A DNA stretch of 64,000 nt from Actinomycetota bacterium (GTDB lineage Bacteria > Actinomycetota > UBA4738 > HRBIN12). Positions 50,483 to 60,011 of the stretch are shown here, in pieces. The stretch covers positions 3,776 to 67,775 of the forward strand of contig DATKDI010000001.1 in NCBI GenBank assembly GCA_035512775.1. The letters are read 5' to 3'. How positions within the stretch are numbered: the first letter of the stretch is position 1; each line of letters starts with the position of its first letter. The position numbers were made by a program, and so were the translations under genes. The notes below the pieces were generated by a model. It searched no databases and was not told where the DNA came from. It saw nothing but the letters and a program-made list of their open reading frames with translations.

Positions 50483-51745
50483 TCAGTCCTCGGCCGGCCC
50501 CTCGATCGGCGCGCCGGTCCCCGGCTCGACCTCGACGTCCTCCCCTTGGCCCGACGGCTCGTAATACATGACGTCGTCGAAGCGCTCCGGCCGATATTCC
50601 TGCTCCACGTGGTGCCCTTCGAAGTCGTGGGGATATTCGTAGCCTTCCCCGTGGCCGAGCTTGGCCGCGCCCGCGTAGTGCGCGTCGCGCAGATGCGGCG
50701 GTACCGGGTCGGTGGAGTCGGCGTCGACCATCGCCTTGTCCAGGGCGTCGATCACCGAGTTCGACTTCGGGGCCCGCGCGAGATACAGCGCCGCCTCCGC
50801 GAGGTTGAAACGCGCCTCCGGCATGCCGACGTGCTCGAGCGCGTGGGCGGCCGCCACGGCGACCGACAGCGCGCGAGGGTCGGCGAGCCCGACGTCCTCG
50901 GAGGCGAAGATCACCATCCGCCGGACGATGAATCGGGGGTCTTCGCCGGCATGGACCATCCTGCCGAGCCAGAACAGCGCCGCGTCCGGGTCCGAACCCC
51001 GCATGCTCTTGATGAACGCGGAGACGACGTCGAAATGGTTGTCGCCGCGGTCGTAGGCGACGATGCGCTTCTGTACGGCGTCGGCGACCCGCGCACCGTC
51101 GATCAGGGTCTCGCCCGCGTCGGCCAGCAGGACGGCAGCCTCGAGCGCGGTGAGCGCGGCACGGGCATCCCCGGCCGACAGCTCGACGAGGTGATCGAGC
51201 GCGTCGGACGTGAGCGATACGCCGAGCGTCCCCATCCCTCGTTCGGCGTCGACGACCGCGAGCTCCAACAGCCCTCTGATCTCCTCAGCTTCGAGGGGCT
51301 CGAGACGGAGGAGGAGACACCTCGAGATCAGCGGGCTGACGAGGCTGTGGTACGGGTTCTCGGTGGTCGCGCCGATCAAGGTGATGGAGCCGTCCTCGAT
51401 CGCCGGCAGGAGGATCTCCTGTTGCGCCTTGTTCCAGCGATGGACCTCGTCCACGAACAGGACCGTCCGGAAGAGGGTGGTCTTCGAATGATCCATCACC
51501 CGGCGAGCGTCCGAGACGCCGGAGCTGACCGCGGAGAGCTGTTGGAAGTCGGCGCCGACCGCCACCGCGAGCAGGTGGGCCAGGGTGGTCTTTCCGGTGC
51601 CCGGGGGACCCCACAGGATCGTGGAGGGCAGGTGCCCACCGTCGATCAGCTTCGTGAGGGGTTTGCCTTGTCCGAGCAGGTGGTGATGTCCCACGAACTC
51701 CTTGAAATTGCGCGGGCGCATCCGAGTCGCAAGAGGTCGATCCAT
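50483..51745 (-). CDS. rarA: replication-associated recombination protein A (AAA+ ATPase)
   Basis: Walker A GPPGTGKTTLA, Walker B LFVDEVHRWNK, MgsA C-terminal domain. Confidence 0.9.
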   Translation of the reverse strand: MDRPLATRMRPRNFKEFVGHHHLLGQGKPLTKLIDGGHLPSTILWGPPGTGKTTLAHLLAVAVGADFQQLSAVSSGVSDARRVMDHSKTTLFRTVLFVDEVHRWNKAQQEILLPAIEDGSITLIGATTENPYHSLVSPLISRCLLLRLEPLEAEEIRGLLELAVVDAERGMGTLGVSLTSDALDHLVELSAGDARAALTALEAAVLLADAGETLIDGARVADAVQKRIVAYDRGDNHFDVVSAFIKSMRGSDPDAALFWLGRMVHAGEDPRFIVRRMVIFASEDVGLADPRALSVAVAAAHALEHVGMPEARFNLAEAALYLARAPKSNSVIDALDKAMVDADSTDPVPPHLRDAHYAGAAKLGHGEGYEYPHDFEGHHVEQEYRPERFDDVMYYEPSGQGEDVEVEPGTGAPIEGPAED

Positions 51746-51947
51746 AGCGAGGAGTTCCTTTCCGACGATCCGAGTCCTCGGCCCCGTCAAGCCGAAACAT
51801 CGATGATAGGCGCTTCGTCGAAGCCTCGGAAGCGACCGGTGACCTAGTTCGGAAGACCATCGTCAGACGGCCACCGTGATCAGCAGTGATGGATGCCGAT
51901 ACCTGGCTGTCATGGTGCGGCTCGTTGCCATCGACCTCTTGTTCGGT

Positions 51948-52355
51948 TCAGCCGTCGTAGCGCCTGAGGATCCTCTGCGGTCGGATGCGGTAGATGACGC
52001 GCTCCTGCCCGGGGGTGTACGTCCACGCCTCGCCGTCGTGATACCGCCGGTTCAAGGAATCGATATGCGCGTCGGCCTCGGGGCCGGTCACGAACTCCGC
52101 GACGATCCCGTCGACCCGCAGCCACCGGTACTGGTCCTGCTCGTCGTGCACACTGACGGACACGCGCGGGTCGCGACGGACGTGGCGGTCCTTCACCCGT
52201 CCGACCGCCGTGTTCACGAGGATGAAGCCGTCCGCGGCGTCGATCCAGATGACCGTCACGTGAGGTGTCCCGTCGGGCCGGATCGCAGCGAAGTGCGCGA
52301 AGTTCTTCCCGGAGAGCAGCTCGACGTCGTCGGGGTTCAAGGTCGCCATGCTCAC
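51948..52355 (-). CDS. pyridoxamine 5'-phosphate oxidase-family (FMN/F420-binding split-barrel) protein
   Basis: 135 aa; pattern GKNFAHFAAIRPDGTPHVTVIWI...VNT typical of the PPOX class split barrel. Confidence 0.65.
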   Translation of the reverse strand: MSMATLNPDDVELLSGKNFAHFAAIRPDGTPHVTVIWIDAADGFILVNTAVGRVKDRHVRRDPRVSVSVHDEQDQYRWLRVDGIVAEFVTGPEADAHIDSLNRRYHDGEAWTYTPGQERVIYRIRPQRILRRYDG

Positions 52356-54178
52356 TCCTGGGTGTCCTCTGGCATGTCTTCTGGTCTGTCGGGTGCCTCC
52401 GCGGCCGGCTGCGCGATCACCTGGATCCCGAGCTCACGGAGCTGGGCCTCATCGACGGGGGCAGGCGCGCCCGTGAGCGGGTCGGCGCCCGACTGTGCCT
52501 TCGGGAACGCCGTCACGTCGCGGATCGCGTCCTTGCCGGCCATCAACATGACGATCCGATCGAGGCCCATCGCGATCCCGCCGTGCGGCGGCGCGCCGTA
52601 GCGGAACGCTCGGATCAGGTGCCCGAACTTCTCCTCGATCTCCGGCTCGGACAGGCCCAGCACCTCGAAGACCTTCCGTTGCACCTCGGGCCGGTGGATC
52701 CGGATGCTGCCGCCGCCGACCTCGAACCCGTTCAGGACCAGGTCGTACGCCTTCGCCTTCGCGGTCTCCGGATCCAGGTCGTCGGTCGCGGGGGCTGAGA
52801 ACGGGTGGTGGTTGGCCACCCACTTGCCCTCCTCGTCGCTCCAGTCGAACAGAGGCGGATCCGTGTACCACACGTACCGCCACTCCCCTTCGGGGATCAT
52901 TCCCAGCCGGTCCGCCAGGTGCCGGCGGAGTCCGTCCAGCGCGACATGCACCCGGCCGATCTGGTCGGCGACGATGCACACGAGGTCCCCTTCGGTGGCG
53001 CCGGTCGCCCCGAGGACCCCGTCGATCTCCTCTTTCGAAAGATGCTTCTCCACCGGTGAGCGCACGCCGTCGGCCTCGACGACCATCCACACGAGGCCCG
53101 CGGCGCCGCGTCCCTTGGCGTCCTGCACGAGCTGGTCGAGCTCCTTCCGCGAGAGCTGCCCGCCCCCGGGCGCCGCGAGGCCCTTGATCGCGCCATCCTC
53201 CATGGACAGAACGGACGCGAAGGCGTTGAAGCCCGTCCCCTCGAAGACGGCACGGAGATCGGTCAGCTCCATCCCGTAGCGGAGATCGGGCTTGTCGGTG
53301 CCGAACCGCGCGAGCATCTCGTCGAACGGGATCCGCGGGAACGGCGTGGGCACCTCGACGCCGTGGATCTCCCGGACGTAGCGGGCGTAGAGCGGCTCGA
53401 TGACGGCGAAGACGTCCTCCTGGTCGACGAACGACATCTCGACGTCGAGCTGGGTGAACTCGAAGCTCCGATCGGCGCGCGGCGCCTCGTCCCGGAGACA
53501 TCGAACGATCTGGTAGTACCGATCCTGGCCCGCGACCATCAGGAGCTGCTTCAGCTGTTGCGGCGACTGCGGGAGCGCGTAGAAGCCGCCCGGCCACAGA
53601 CGAGACGGAACCAGGAAGTCGCGGGCGCCCTCCGGCGTCGAACGGGTGAGCATCGGCGTCTCGACCTCGAGGAAGCCGAGGGACTCCATGTGATCGCGCG
53701 TGATCGCGTTCATCCGGTGCCGGACGCGCAGGATCGCGGTCATCTCGGGACGACGCAGGTCGAGGTAGCGGTAGCGGAGGCGGAGCTCCTCCCCGGACTC
53801 GATCCGATCCTCGATCGGGAACGGGGGCGTTTCCGCCTCCGAGACCACCTCCAGCGACGAGGCGACGACCTCGACCTGACCGGTGGGGAGCTGGGGGTTC
53901 GCCATACCGTGGGGGCGCGCGCGGACGGTGCCGTCGATCCTGACCACGTCCTCGGCGCCGAGCCGCTGCGCGGCGGCGTGTGCGGCCGCCGCGTCCTCGG
54001 GATGGAACACGACCTGGACGATGCCTTCGCGGTCGCGAAGGTCGATGAAGGTGACGCCGCCGTGGTCCCTGCGGCTGGCGACCCAGCCGCAGAGGACCAC
54101 GGCGGCATCCATATGCTCGGAGGTCAGCTCCCCGCAGGCGTGGGTCCGCATCGCCGTCCGGTAGATGCTCTCCTTCAT
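52352..54178 (-). CDS. aspS: aspartate--tRNA ligase
   Basis: OB-fold N-domain, class II motifs (FRDE, GGGSIRIH, GLDR), GAD insertion domain. Confidence 0.95.
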   Translation of the reverse strand: MKESIYRTAMRTHACGELTSEHMDAAVVLCGWVASRRDHGGVTFIDLRDREGIVQVVFHPEDAAAAHAAAQRLGAEDVVRIDGTVRARPHGMANPQLPTGQVEVVASSLEVVSEAETPPFPIEDRIESGEELRLRYRYLDLRRPEMTAILRVRHRMNAITRDHMESLGFLEVETPMLTRSTPEGARDFLVPSRLWPGGFYALPQSPQQLKQLLMVAGQDRYYQIVRCLRDEAPRADRSFEFTQLDVEMSFVDQEDVFAVIEPLYARYVREIHGVEVPTPFPRIPFDEMLARFGTDKPDLRYGMELTDLRAVFEGTGFNAFASVLSMEDGAIKGLAAPGGGQLSRKELDQLVQDAKGRGAAGLVWMVVEADGVRSPVEKHLSKEEIDGVLGATGATEGDLVCIVADQIGRVHVALDGLRRHLADRLGMIPEGEWRYVWYTDPPLFDWSDEEGKWVANHHPFSAPATDDLDPETAKAKAYDLVLNGFEVGGGSIRIHRPEVQRKVFEVLGLSEPEIEEKFGHLIRAFRYGAPPHGGIAMGLDRIVMLMAGKDAIRDVTAFPKAQSGADPLTGAPAPVDEAQLRELGIQVIAQPAAEAPDRPEDMPEDTQE

Positions 54179-55443
54179 CCGGCTCCCGTCTCGGAGGCGA
54201 GCCTCGCCGTCAAGGCCTCGGTCGCCACGTCCTCCTGCTGCCCGTCCTCGAGCCGCCGGAGGGTCACGGTGCCGGCTTCGAGCTCGCGCTCACCCACGAT
54301 CGCGGCATACGCGGCGCCGGCGCGGTCGGCCATCTTGAGCTGCGCCTTGAGCGGCCGATCCTCGAAGGCGATGTCTGCCGGGACGCCAGCCGCGCGGAGC
54401 TCCCGAACCAACTCGAGCGACCGGGCGCGGCCGGCGTCGCCGACCCCGACCACGAACACCGCGAGCCCCGGCTCCTCGGGCGGCGGGAGTCCTTCCTGCT
54501 CGATCGCCATCAGCACCCGCTCGAGTCCCATACCGAATCCGACACCGGGCACGTGCGGTCCACCGAGCACCTCCGCCAGCCCGTCGTAGCGGCCACCGCC
54601 GAACAGCGTCCCCTGCTGCGGCGACAGACCCGGGCTCACGAACTCGAACGCGGTCCGGGTGTAGAAGTCCAACCCCCGAACCAGCGTGGGCTCGATCACC
54701 CACGAGAGACCGGCGTCCTTCAGCGCCGTCTGGACGCCGTCGAAGTGCGTGCGACACGCGTCACAGAGTCGGTCGATGATCTTCGGCGCTTCCTTCGCGA
54801 CCGCGCGACAGGCGTCGTCCTTGCAATCGAGGACCCGGAGCGGGTTGTCTTCGAAGCGATCGCGATGCTCGTCGGTCAAGCGGTCCCGGTTGGCCCGGAG
54901 GTAGGCGGTGAGCTCGTCGCGATACGCCGGCCGGCAGACCTCGTCGCCGATCGAGTTGAGCTGCAGCTCGATCCGCGTGAGGCCGAGACTCCGCAGGTAC
55001 GCGTCCCCGACCGCGATCACCTCGGCATCCGCTCCCGGATCCTCCGTGCCGAACACCTCGATGCCGAACTGTCGATGCTCGCGGTAGCGGCCTTCCTGTG
55101 GGCGCGCGTATCGATACATGCGGGTTAGGTAGTACGCCTTGAACGGCGAGGGCTGCTCCTGCATCTCCGCCAGATACGCGCGCATCACCGGCGCGGTGCC
55201 CTCAGGACGGAGCGTGAGCGAGCGACCCTTGCGATCCTCGAACGTGTACATCTCTTTGGTCACGACGTCGCTGCTCTCCCCCGAGGTCCGGGCGAAGAGC
55301 TCGGTGGCCTCGAACACCGGGGTCTCCACGTACCGGTAGCCGTACAGGTGGGCGAGTTCGGCCGCGCGGTCGTAGAGCGCGCGCATCCGGCTCCCCCGCG
55401 GCGGAAGGAGATCGAGCGTCCCTCGGGGTGGCCGCAGATCCAT
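54175..55443 (-). CDS. hisS: histidine--tRNA ligase
   Basis: class II motifs incl. MYRYARPQEGRYREHRQFGIE and GGRYDGL; anticodon-binding C-domain; ATG forms an ATGA overlap with the upstream stop. Confidence 0.95.
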   Translation of the reverse strand: MDLRPPRGTLDLLPPRGSRMRALYDRAAELAHLYGYRYVETPVFEATELFARTSGESSDVVTKEMYTFEDRKGRSLTLRPEGTAPVMRAYLAEMQEQPSPFKAYYLTRMYRYARPQEGRYREHRQFGIEVFGTEDPGADAEVIAVGDAYLRSLGLTRIELQLNSIGDEVCRPAYRDELTAYLRANRDRLTDEHRDRFEDNPLRVLDCKDDACRAVAKEAPKIIDRLCDACRTHFDGVQTALKDAGLSWVIEPTLVRGLDFYTRTAFEFVSPGLSPQQGTLFGGGRYDGLAEVLGGPHVPGVGFGMGLERVLMAIEQEGLPPPEEPGLAVFVVGVGDAGRARSLELVRELRAAGVPADIAFEDRPLKAQLKMADRAGAAYAAIVGERELEAGTVTLRRLEDGQQEDVATEALTARLASETGAG

Positions 55444-56120
55444 CAGGCGAGATCCACCAGGAACGGGTTCGACGCGCGCTCTCGTCCGACGGTCGTGCGC
55501 GAGCCATGCCCCGGGAGCACGTCGGTCTCGTCGTGCAGCGTGAGGAACCAGTCGAGGCTTCCGCGCATGGCATGAGGTGAGGAGTTCGGGAAATCCGATC
55601 GACCGATCGAGCCGGCGAAGACGAGGTCGCCCGCGAACACGGTGGCATCCGTCACGAAGCAGCAGTGACCGGGCGTGTGTCCCGGCGTGTGCTGCACGCC
55701 GATCGAGAACCCGGCGAACGTGAGCGTCTCGCCCCCGACGAGCCGGCGGAGATCCTTCACGGGGTTGAGCGGATTGTCGAAGCCCGGGTTCCATGCGTCG
55801 ATGTCCTCGAAGGCGACGGCATCGGCCTGGTGGATGAAGACGGGCAGGTCGTCTCCCGCGAAGTCGCCTGCGGCGTAAGCATGATCGACGTGCGCATGAG
55901 TCAGGAGTACCGCAGCCGGCCGCTTCCCGGCGCGCTCGAGCAGCGACCTCAGCGCCTCGGGCTCGAAGCCGGGATCGACGATCACGGCGTCCTCGCTGCC
56001 GTCGGCCGCGAGCAGCCAGCAGTTGGTGCCGAACGGGTTCCGATCGAAGACTTCGAGGTACATCCGCGGCATCGTACCGGGGACCTCATGCGGCGAGCCG
56101 TGGCCGTACGCTGAGAGCAT
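55443..56120 (-). CDS. MBL-fold metallo-hydrolase (glyoxalase II-like)
   Basis: HAHVDHAYAAGDF (HxHxDH) and TPGHTPGH metal-binding motifs; start may be an internal Met. Confidence 0.85.
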   Translation of the reverse strand: MLSAYGHGSPHEVPGTMPRMYLEVFDRNPFGTNCWLLAADGSEDAVIVDPGFEPEALRSLLERAGKRPAAVLLTHAHVDHAYAAGDFAGDDLPVFIHQADAVAFEDIDAWNPGFDNPLNPVKDLRRLVGGETLTFAGFSIGVQHTPGHTPGHCCFVTDATVFAGDLVFAGSIGRSDFPNSSPHAMRGSLDWFLTLHDETDVLPGHGSRTTVGRERASNPFLVDLA

Positions 56121-56526
56121 GGACAGACACCTCGTGCTCTACGACGAGGACTGCGGCTTCTGCCGCTGGTCGCTCGATCGGGTGCTGCGCTGGGATCGGA
56201 AGGGCCGGCTCCGGGCAGTACCGATCCAGGGCGAGGAAGGCGACAGGGTGCTCGCCGACCTCAGCGAGCGAGACCGGCTCGCGTCGTGGCACCTCGTCGC
56301 GCCCGGCGGGCGCCGGTACTCGGGTGGCGCCGCCGTCGCCCCGATGGCGAGGCTGCTGCCCGCCGGTGCGCCGGTCGCGTTCCTCGCGGACGCGTTCCCC
56401 CGGTCGACCGACCGGCTCTACCGGTGGGTGGCGCGCAACCGGGACACGCTCGGCCGGCGGCTGGGCGAGCAGGCGTGCGTCGTCGATCCGACCGAACGGA
56501 ACGGCCGGCGCGCTACACCCCGTTGA
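56119..56526 (+). CDS. thiol-disulfide oxidoreductase, DCC family (DUF393)
   Basis: VLYDEDCGFCRW CxxC motif characteristic of DCC-family proteins; plus strand; start could be the GTG at 56134. Confidence 0.7.
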   Translation: MDRHLVLYDEDCGFCRWSLDRVLRWDRKGRLRAVPIQGEEGDRVLADLSERDRLASWHLVAPGGRRYSGGAAVAPMARLLPAGAPVAFLADAFPRSTDRLYRWVARNRDTLGRRLGEQACVVDPTERNGRRATPR

Positions 56527-56968
56527 GCGAGGAGCCCTCCAGCACCAGGGTGAACGGTCCGTCGTTCAGCAGGTCGACATCCATGACCGCTCCGAACACC
56601 CCCCGCTCCACGCGCACGCCGTGCGCCTCGAGGGCTTCCGCCAGCGCCTCCACGCGTTCGGCCGCGATCTCCGGCTCCTCCGCGTGGCCCCACGACGGAC
56701 GCCTGCCCTTCCGAAGATCTGCGTACAGGGTGAACTGCGAGACCACGAGGATCTCGCCGTCGACGCCCGCGAGCGGCAGGTTCGTCTTCCCCTCGTTGTC
56801 GGCGAACAGCCGCAGGTTGAGGATCTTCTCCGCCAGCCGCCCCGGCTCCTCGGGCGGATCGCCGCGTCCGACACCCACGAGGAGCAGATACCCGCGCCCG
56901 ATCTCCGAGACGCGCTCGCCGTCCACCGAGACCGATGCCCGCAGCACCCGTTGGAGGACGACCCTCAT
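56513..56968 (-). CDS. dtd: D-aminoacyl-tRNA deacylase
   Basis: MRVVLQRVLRASVSVDGE...GYLLLVGV...SQFTLYADL...NDGPFT DTD signature incl. the C-terminal xNDGPxT motif. Confidence 0.9.
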   Translation of the reverse strand: MRVVLQRVLRASVSVDGERVSEIGRGYLLLVGVGRGDPPEEPGRLAEKILNLRLFADNEGKTNLPLAGVDGEILVVSQFTLYADLRKGRRPSWGHAEEPEIAAERVEALAEALEAHGVRVERGVFGAVMDVDLLNDGPFTLVLEGSSLNGV

Positions 56969-57237
56969 CGGCGGGCGATCGCGTGGAACACGTGCCGATG
57001 CTTCATCTCGCCCCACCCCTCAGCATCTTTCGCCTCTTCTTGCCTGTCGATCGCCACCACGTCCCACCCCCGGGCGATCAGCTCAGCGGTGTCGGCGCCC
57101 GTGCCGCAGCCAAGGTCGACCGTCGTTCCCGTTCGCCTTTCCCGTTCGAACGAAGCGAGAGCTCGTAGGAGCAGGTCGCGCGGTTTGCGTTCGCGTTGCG
57201 CGTCGTAGTAGCCGATCCAGTCCGCACGAGCCGTCAC
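56965..57237 (-). pseudogene. class I SAM-dependent methyltransferase N-terminal fragment (90 aa; possible remnant)
   Basis: motif I VDLGCGTGADT and motif II-like acidic residue (VVAIDRQ) present but no downstream MTase motifs; 4-nt overlap with the dtd start. Confidence 0.4.
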
Positions 57238-57240
57238 GCG

Positions 57241-59526
57241 CTAGCTCGGGACGACGCGGTAGGCGTCGTAGACGCTCTCCACGCGTTTGACCGCACCCAG
57301 CAGTGACGAGAGATGCGCCACGTCGGCCATCTCGAACGTGAACCGGAGGCGCGTGATCCGATCCCGCCCGGTGCTCGACGTGGCGGCGAGGATGTTCACG
57401 TGGCTGTCGGAAAGGACGGTCGCCACATCCGAGAGCAGCCGCGTCCGATCGAGCGCCTCCACCTGGATCGCGACGGAGAAGGACGTCGGCTTGCCCTCGG
57501 CCCAGTCCACCTCGATGATCCGCTCGGGCTCGCGCCGTTGGAGGGTCCGGAGATTCGGGCAGGTGTCGCGGTGCACCGAGACCCCCTGTCCGCGTGAGAC
57601 GAACCCCACGATCGCATCGCCCGGCACCGGCGTGCAGCAACGACCGAGCTTGACCCACACGTCGCCGAGGCCCTTCACGACGACGCCTTTGGAGATGTCC
57701 TGCTTGCCGATCTTGACGGGCCGTGCGAGCGGCACCTCGGTGACGTCTTCGTCGGGGGTGCCGGAGACCAGCCGCGACATCCGCGCCACGATCGATTGCG
57801 GCGACACGTGGCCCTCCCCCACGGCGACGTAGAGCGCCTCGAGGTCGGGGTAGGTGAGGTCCCCGGCGACACGCCTGAGCGTGGCCTCGGTCGCAAGCCG
57901 CTTGAACGCCTGGTCCTGCTTCCGGACGAACGCCTTCACGGCGTCGCGGCCGGACTCCATCGCATCCTCGCGACGGCCGCGGCTGAACCACTGACGTATC
58001 TTCGTTCTCGCACGCGGCGTCTGGACGAACTGGAGCCAGTCCTGGCTTGGGCCTTCGCCTTGCGCTTTCGACGTCAGGATGTCGACGGTGTCGCCTGTGC
58101 GGAGCTCGTAGTCCAGCGGCACGAGCTTCCCGTTCACCTTGGCGCCGACCGTGCGATGTCCGACCTCCGTGTGGATCGAGTACGCGAAGTCCACAGGCGT
58201 GGCGCCCTGCGGCAGGTTCTGCACATCGCCCTTCGGGGTGAAGCAGAACACCCGCCCACCGGAGAGGTCGATCCGGAGTCCCTCCATGAACTCCTGCGGG
58301 TCGGCCATCTCCTTCAGCCAGTCCATCATCTGACCCAGCCACGCCATGTCCTGCGCTTCCTTCGAGGACTTGCTGCCCTCCTTGTAGCGCCAGTGCGCGG
58401 CGATCCCGAACCGCGCCGTTCGGTGCATGTCCTGCGTGCGGATCTGGATCTCGAGCGGCACGCCCTTCGGACCCACGACCGTGGTGTGCAGCGACTGGTA
58501 CATGTTCGACTTGGGCATCGCGACGTAGTCCTTGAAGCGACCAGGGACGGGCTTCCAGAGCGCATGCACGGCGCCGAGCGCGCCGTAGCAGTCGCGGAGC
58601 GACGGAACGAGGACGCGGAGGCCGACGAGGTCGTGGATCTCGTTGAACTCCTTGCCGCGGATCACCATCTTCTCGTAGATCGAATACAGGTGCTTCGGGC
58701 GACCCTCGACGTCAGCCTTCACGCCGAGCTCCTTCAGCTTGCCGCGCAGGTCGCTCTTGACCACTTCGAGGAGCTCCTGCCGCTCCCCTCTCCGCGTCTC
58801 GACGAGATTGGCGATCTCGCGGTACGGACCGGGATTGAGCGTCTTGAAGGCGAGGTCTTCGAGCTCCCACTTGAGCTCCTGGACGCCCAGGCGGTCCGCG
58901 AGAGGAGCGTGAATCTCGAGGGTCTCGTTCGCGATCTTGCGGCGCCGTTCCTCGCTCAGGGGGTCGAGGGTCCGCATGTTGTGGAGGCGGTCGGCGAGCC
59001 TGACCAGCAGGACTCGGATGTCGCCCGCCATCGCGACGATCATCTTTCGGACGTTCTCCGCCTGCGCGAGCTCGCCGCTCCGGAACTCCAGCTTGTCGAG
59101 CTTGGTGAGTCCGTCGACGATGCGGGCGACCTCGTTGCCGAACTCGCTCTCGATATCACCGAGGCCGACCGTAGTGTCCTCGACGGTGTCGTGCAGGAGG
59201 GCCGCGGTCAGCGTCGTCGTGTCCAGGCGAAGGTCGGCGAGGATCCCCGTCACCGCCACCGGATGCTCGACGTAGGGCTCGCCGGAGAGGCGATGCTGCC
59301 CCTCGTGCGCGTCTTCGGCGAAGTGGTAGGCGCGTTCCAGCAGCTTGGTATCGGCCTTGGGGTTGTACGAACGGACCTTCTTCAGGACCGGGGCGAGGCG
59401 GTCGGGGGGCCCGGCATCGGTGCGACGGAGGCGGGGGCGAGGGATCCCTGGGAGGCGCCGGCCGCGTTCAGGCGCCACCGGCTGCGACTCTTGCTCGATC
59501 CGCACGTCACGCCCGGTGGTGTCCAC
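57241..59526 (-). CDS. rel: bifunctional (p)ppGpp synthetase/hydrolase Rel
   Basis: HD hydrolase domain (HDTVEDT), RelA/SpoT synthetase domain, TGS and ACT C-terminal domains; 761 aa. Confidence 0.95.
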   Translation of the reverse strand: MDTTGRDVRIEQESQPVAPERGRRLPGIPRPRLRRTDAGPPDRLAPVLKKVRSYNPKADTKLLERAYHFAEDAHEGQHRLSGEPYVEHPVAVTGILADLRLDTTTLTAALLHDTVEDTTVGLGDIESEFGNEVARIVDGLTKLDKLEFRSGELAQAENVRKMIVAMAGDIRVLLVRLADRLHNMRTLDPLSEERRRKIANETLEIHAPLADRLGVQELKWELEDLAFKTLNPGPYREIANLVETRRGERQELLEVVKSDLRGKLKELGVKADVEGRPKHLYSIYEKMVIRGKEFNEIHDLVGLRVLVPSLRDCYGALGAVHALWKPVPGRFKDYVAMPKSNMYQSLHTTVVGPKGVPLEIQIRTQDMHRTARFGIAAHWRYKEGSKSSKEAQDMAWLGQMMDWLKEMADPQEFMEGLRIDLSGGRVFCFTPKGDVQNLPQGATPVDFAYSIHTEVGHRTVGAKVNGKLVPLDYELRTGDTVDILTSKAQGEGPSQDWLQFVQTPRARTKIRQWFSRGRREDAMESGRDAVKAFVRKQDQAFKRLATEATLRRVAGDLTYPDLEALYVAVGEGHVSPQSIVARMSRLVSGTPDEDVTEVPLARPVKIGKQDISKGVVVKGLGDVWVKLGRCCTPVPGDAIVGFVSRGQGVSVHRDTCPNLRTLQRREPERIIEVDWAEGKPTSFSVAIQVEALDRTRLLSDVATVLSDSHVNILAATSSTGRDRITRLRFTFEMADVAHLSSLLGAVKRVESVYDAYRVVPS

Positions 59527-59563
59527 GCTCGCCTCCTACCCGGAAGTGTAGGGGACGCCGTCA

Positions 59564-60004
59564 TCAGCTCGGTTCATCCCCCTGCCGCTCCACCCGATCG
59601 GCGTCCTCAACGACGTAGAAGTCGACATTCAGATCGATCCCGAGTTGCGCGATCGCTCTGACTGTTTCGCTGTCGAGATAGATCGAGGGTCCTCTGTCGC
59701 GCTGGTAGCCGATGATGCTCAGTCTGCCCTCAACTGACCCTCCGTCCGTGAGCTCGGCAAGCGAGGCGCGCGATGGCTCGATCCACTCGAGCAGCTGGCG
59801 AAGCGGCTCATCCGCGTCCCACGTTGCCCGGTACGGGGTGGCGAGGACCCAGCCGTTCTCGGAGCGAGGGCGTGTCCGCCGTCCCCACGCGTCTCCGCGG
59901 CGCCACGTCTCGGATGGCTGTAGCCCGAGTGCCTCTGTGATCTGATCGGGGTCGACCCGATCGGACATCAACTCCAGTCGAATCGAGATTTCAGGCTCCG
60001 ACAC
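59564..60004 (-). CDS. DUF4279-like hypothetical protein
   Basis: 146 aa; resembles the DUF4279 family; between apt and rel. Confidence 0.4.
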   Translation of the reverse strand: MSEPEISIRLELMSDRVDPDQITEALGLQPSETWRRGDAWGRRTRPRSENGWVLATPYRATWDADEPLRQLLEWIEPSRASLAELTDGGSVEGRLSIIGYQRDRGPSIYLDSETVRAIAQLGIDLNVDFYVVEDADRVERQGDEPS

Positions 60005-60011
60005 GGGCCCC

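Noticed and set aside
51791-51947. Possible tRNA or small RNA in the larger intergenic gaps (51791-51947, 39483-39714, 25002-25206, 33948-34075)
   Set aside because: No T-loop (GGTTCGAATCC-like) or cloverleaf-compatible sequence seen by eye. These gaps are better explained as promoter or leader regions of rarA, pilA, pyrR/tatA and the HTH-pilM operon. A tRNAscan or Infernal run would settle it.
56119-56121. Literal overlap of divergent start codons of the MBL hydrolase and the DCC oxidoreductase as a regulatory device
   Set aside because: More parsimonious that one or both genes use internal starts (GTG at 56134; Met-17 MPRMYLEVF). The longest-ORF convention of the track creates the apparent overlap. 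Kept only as a low-interest finding.
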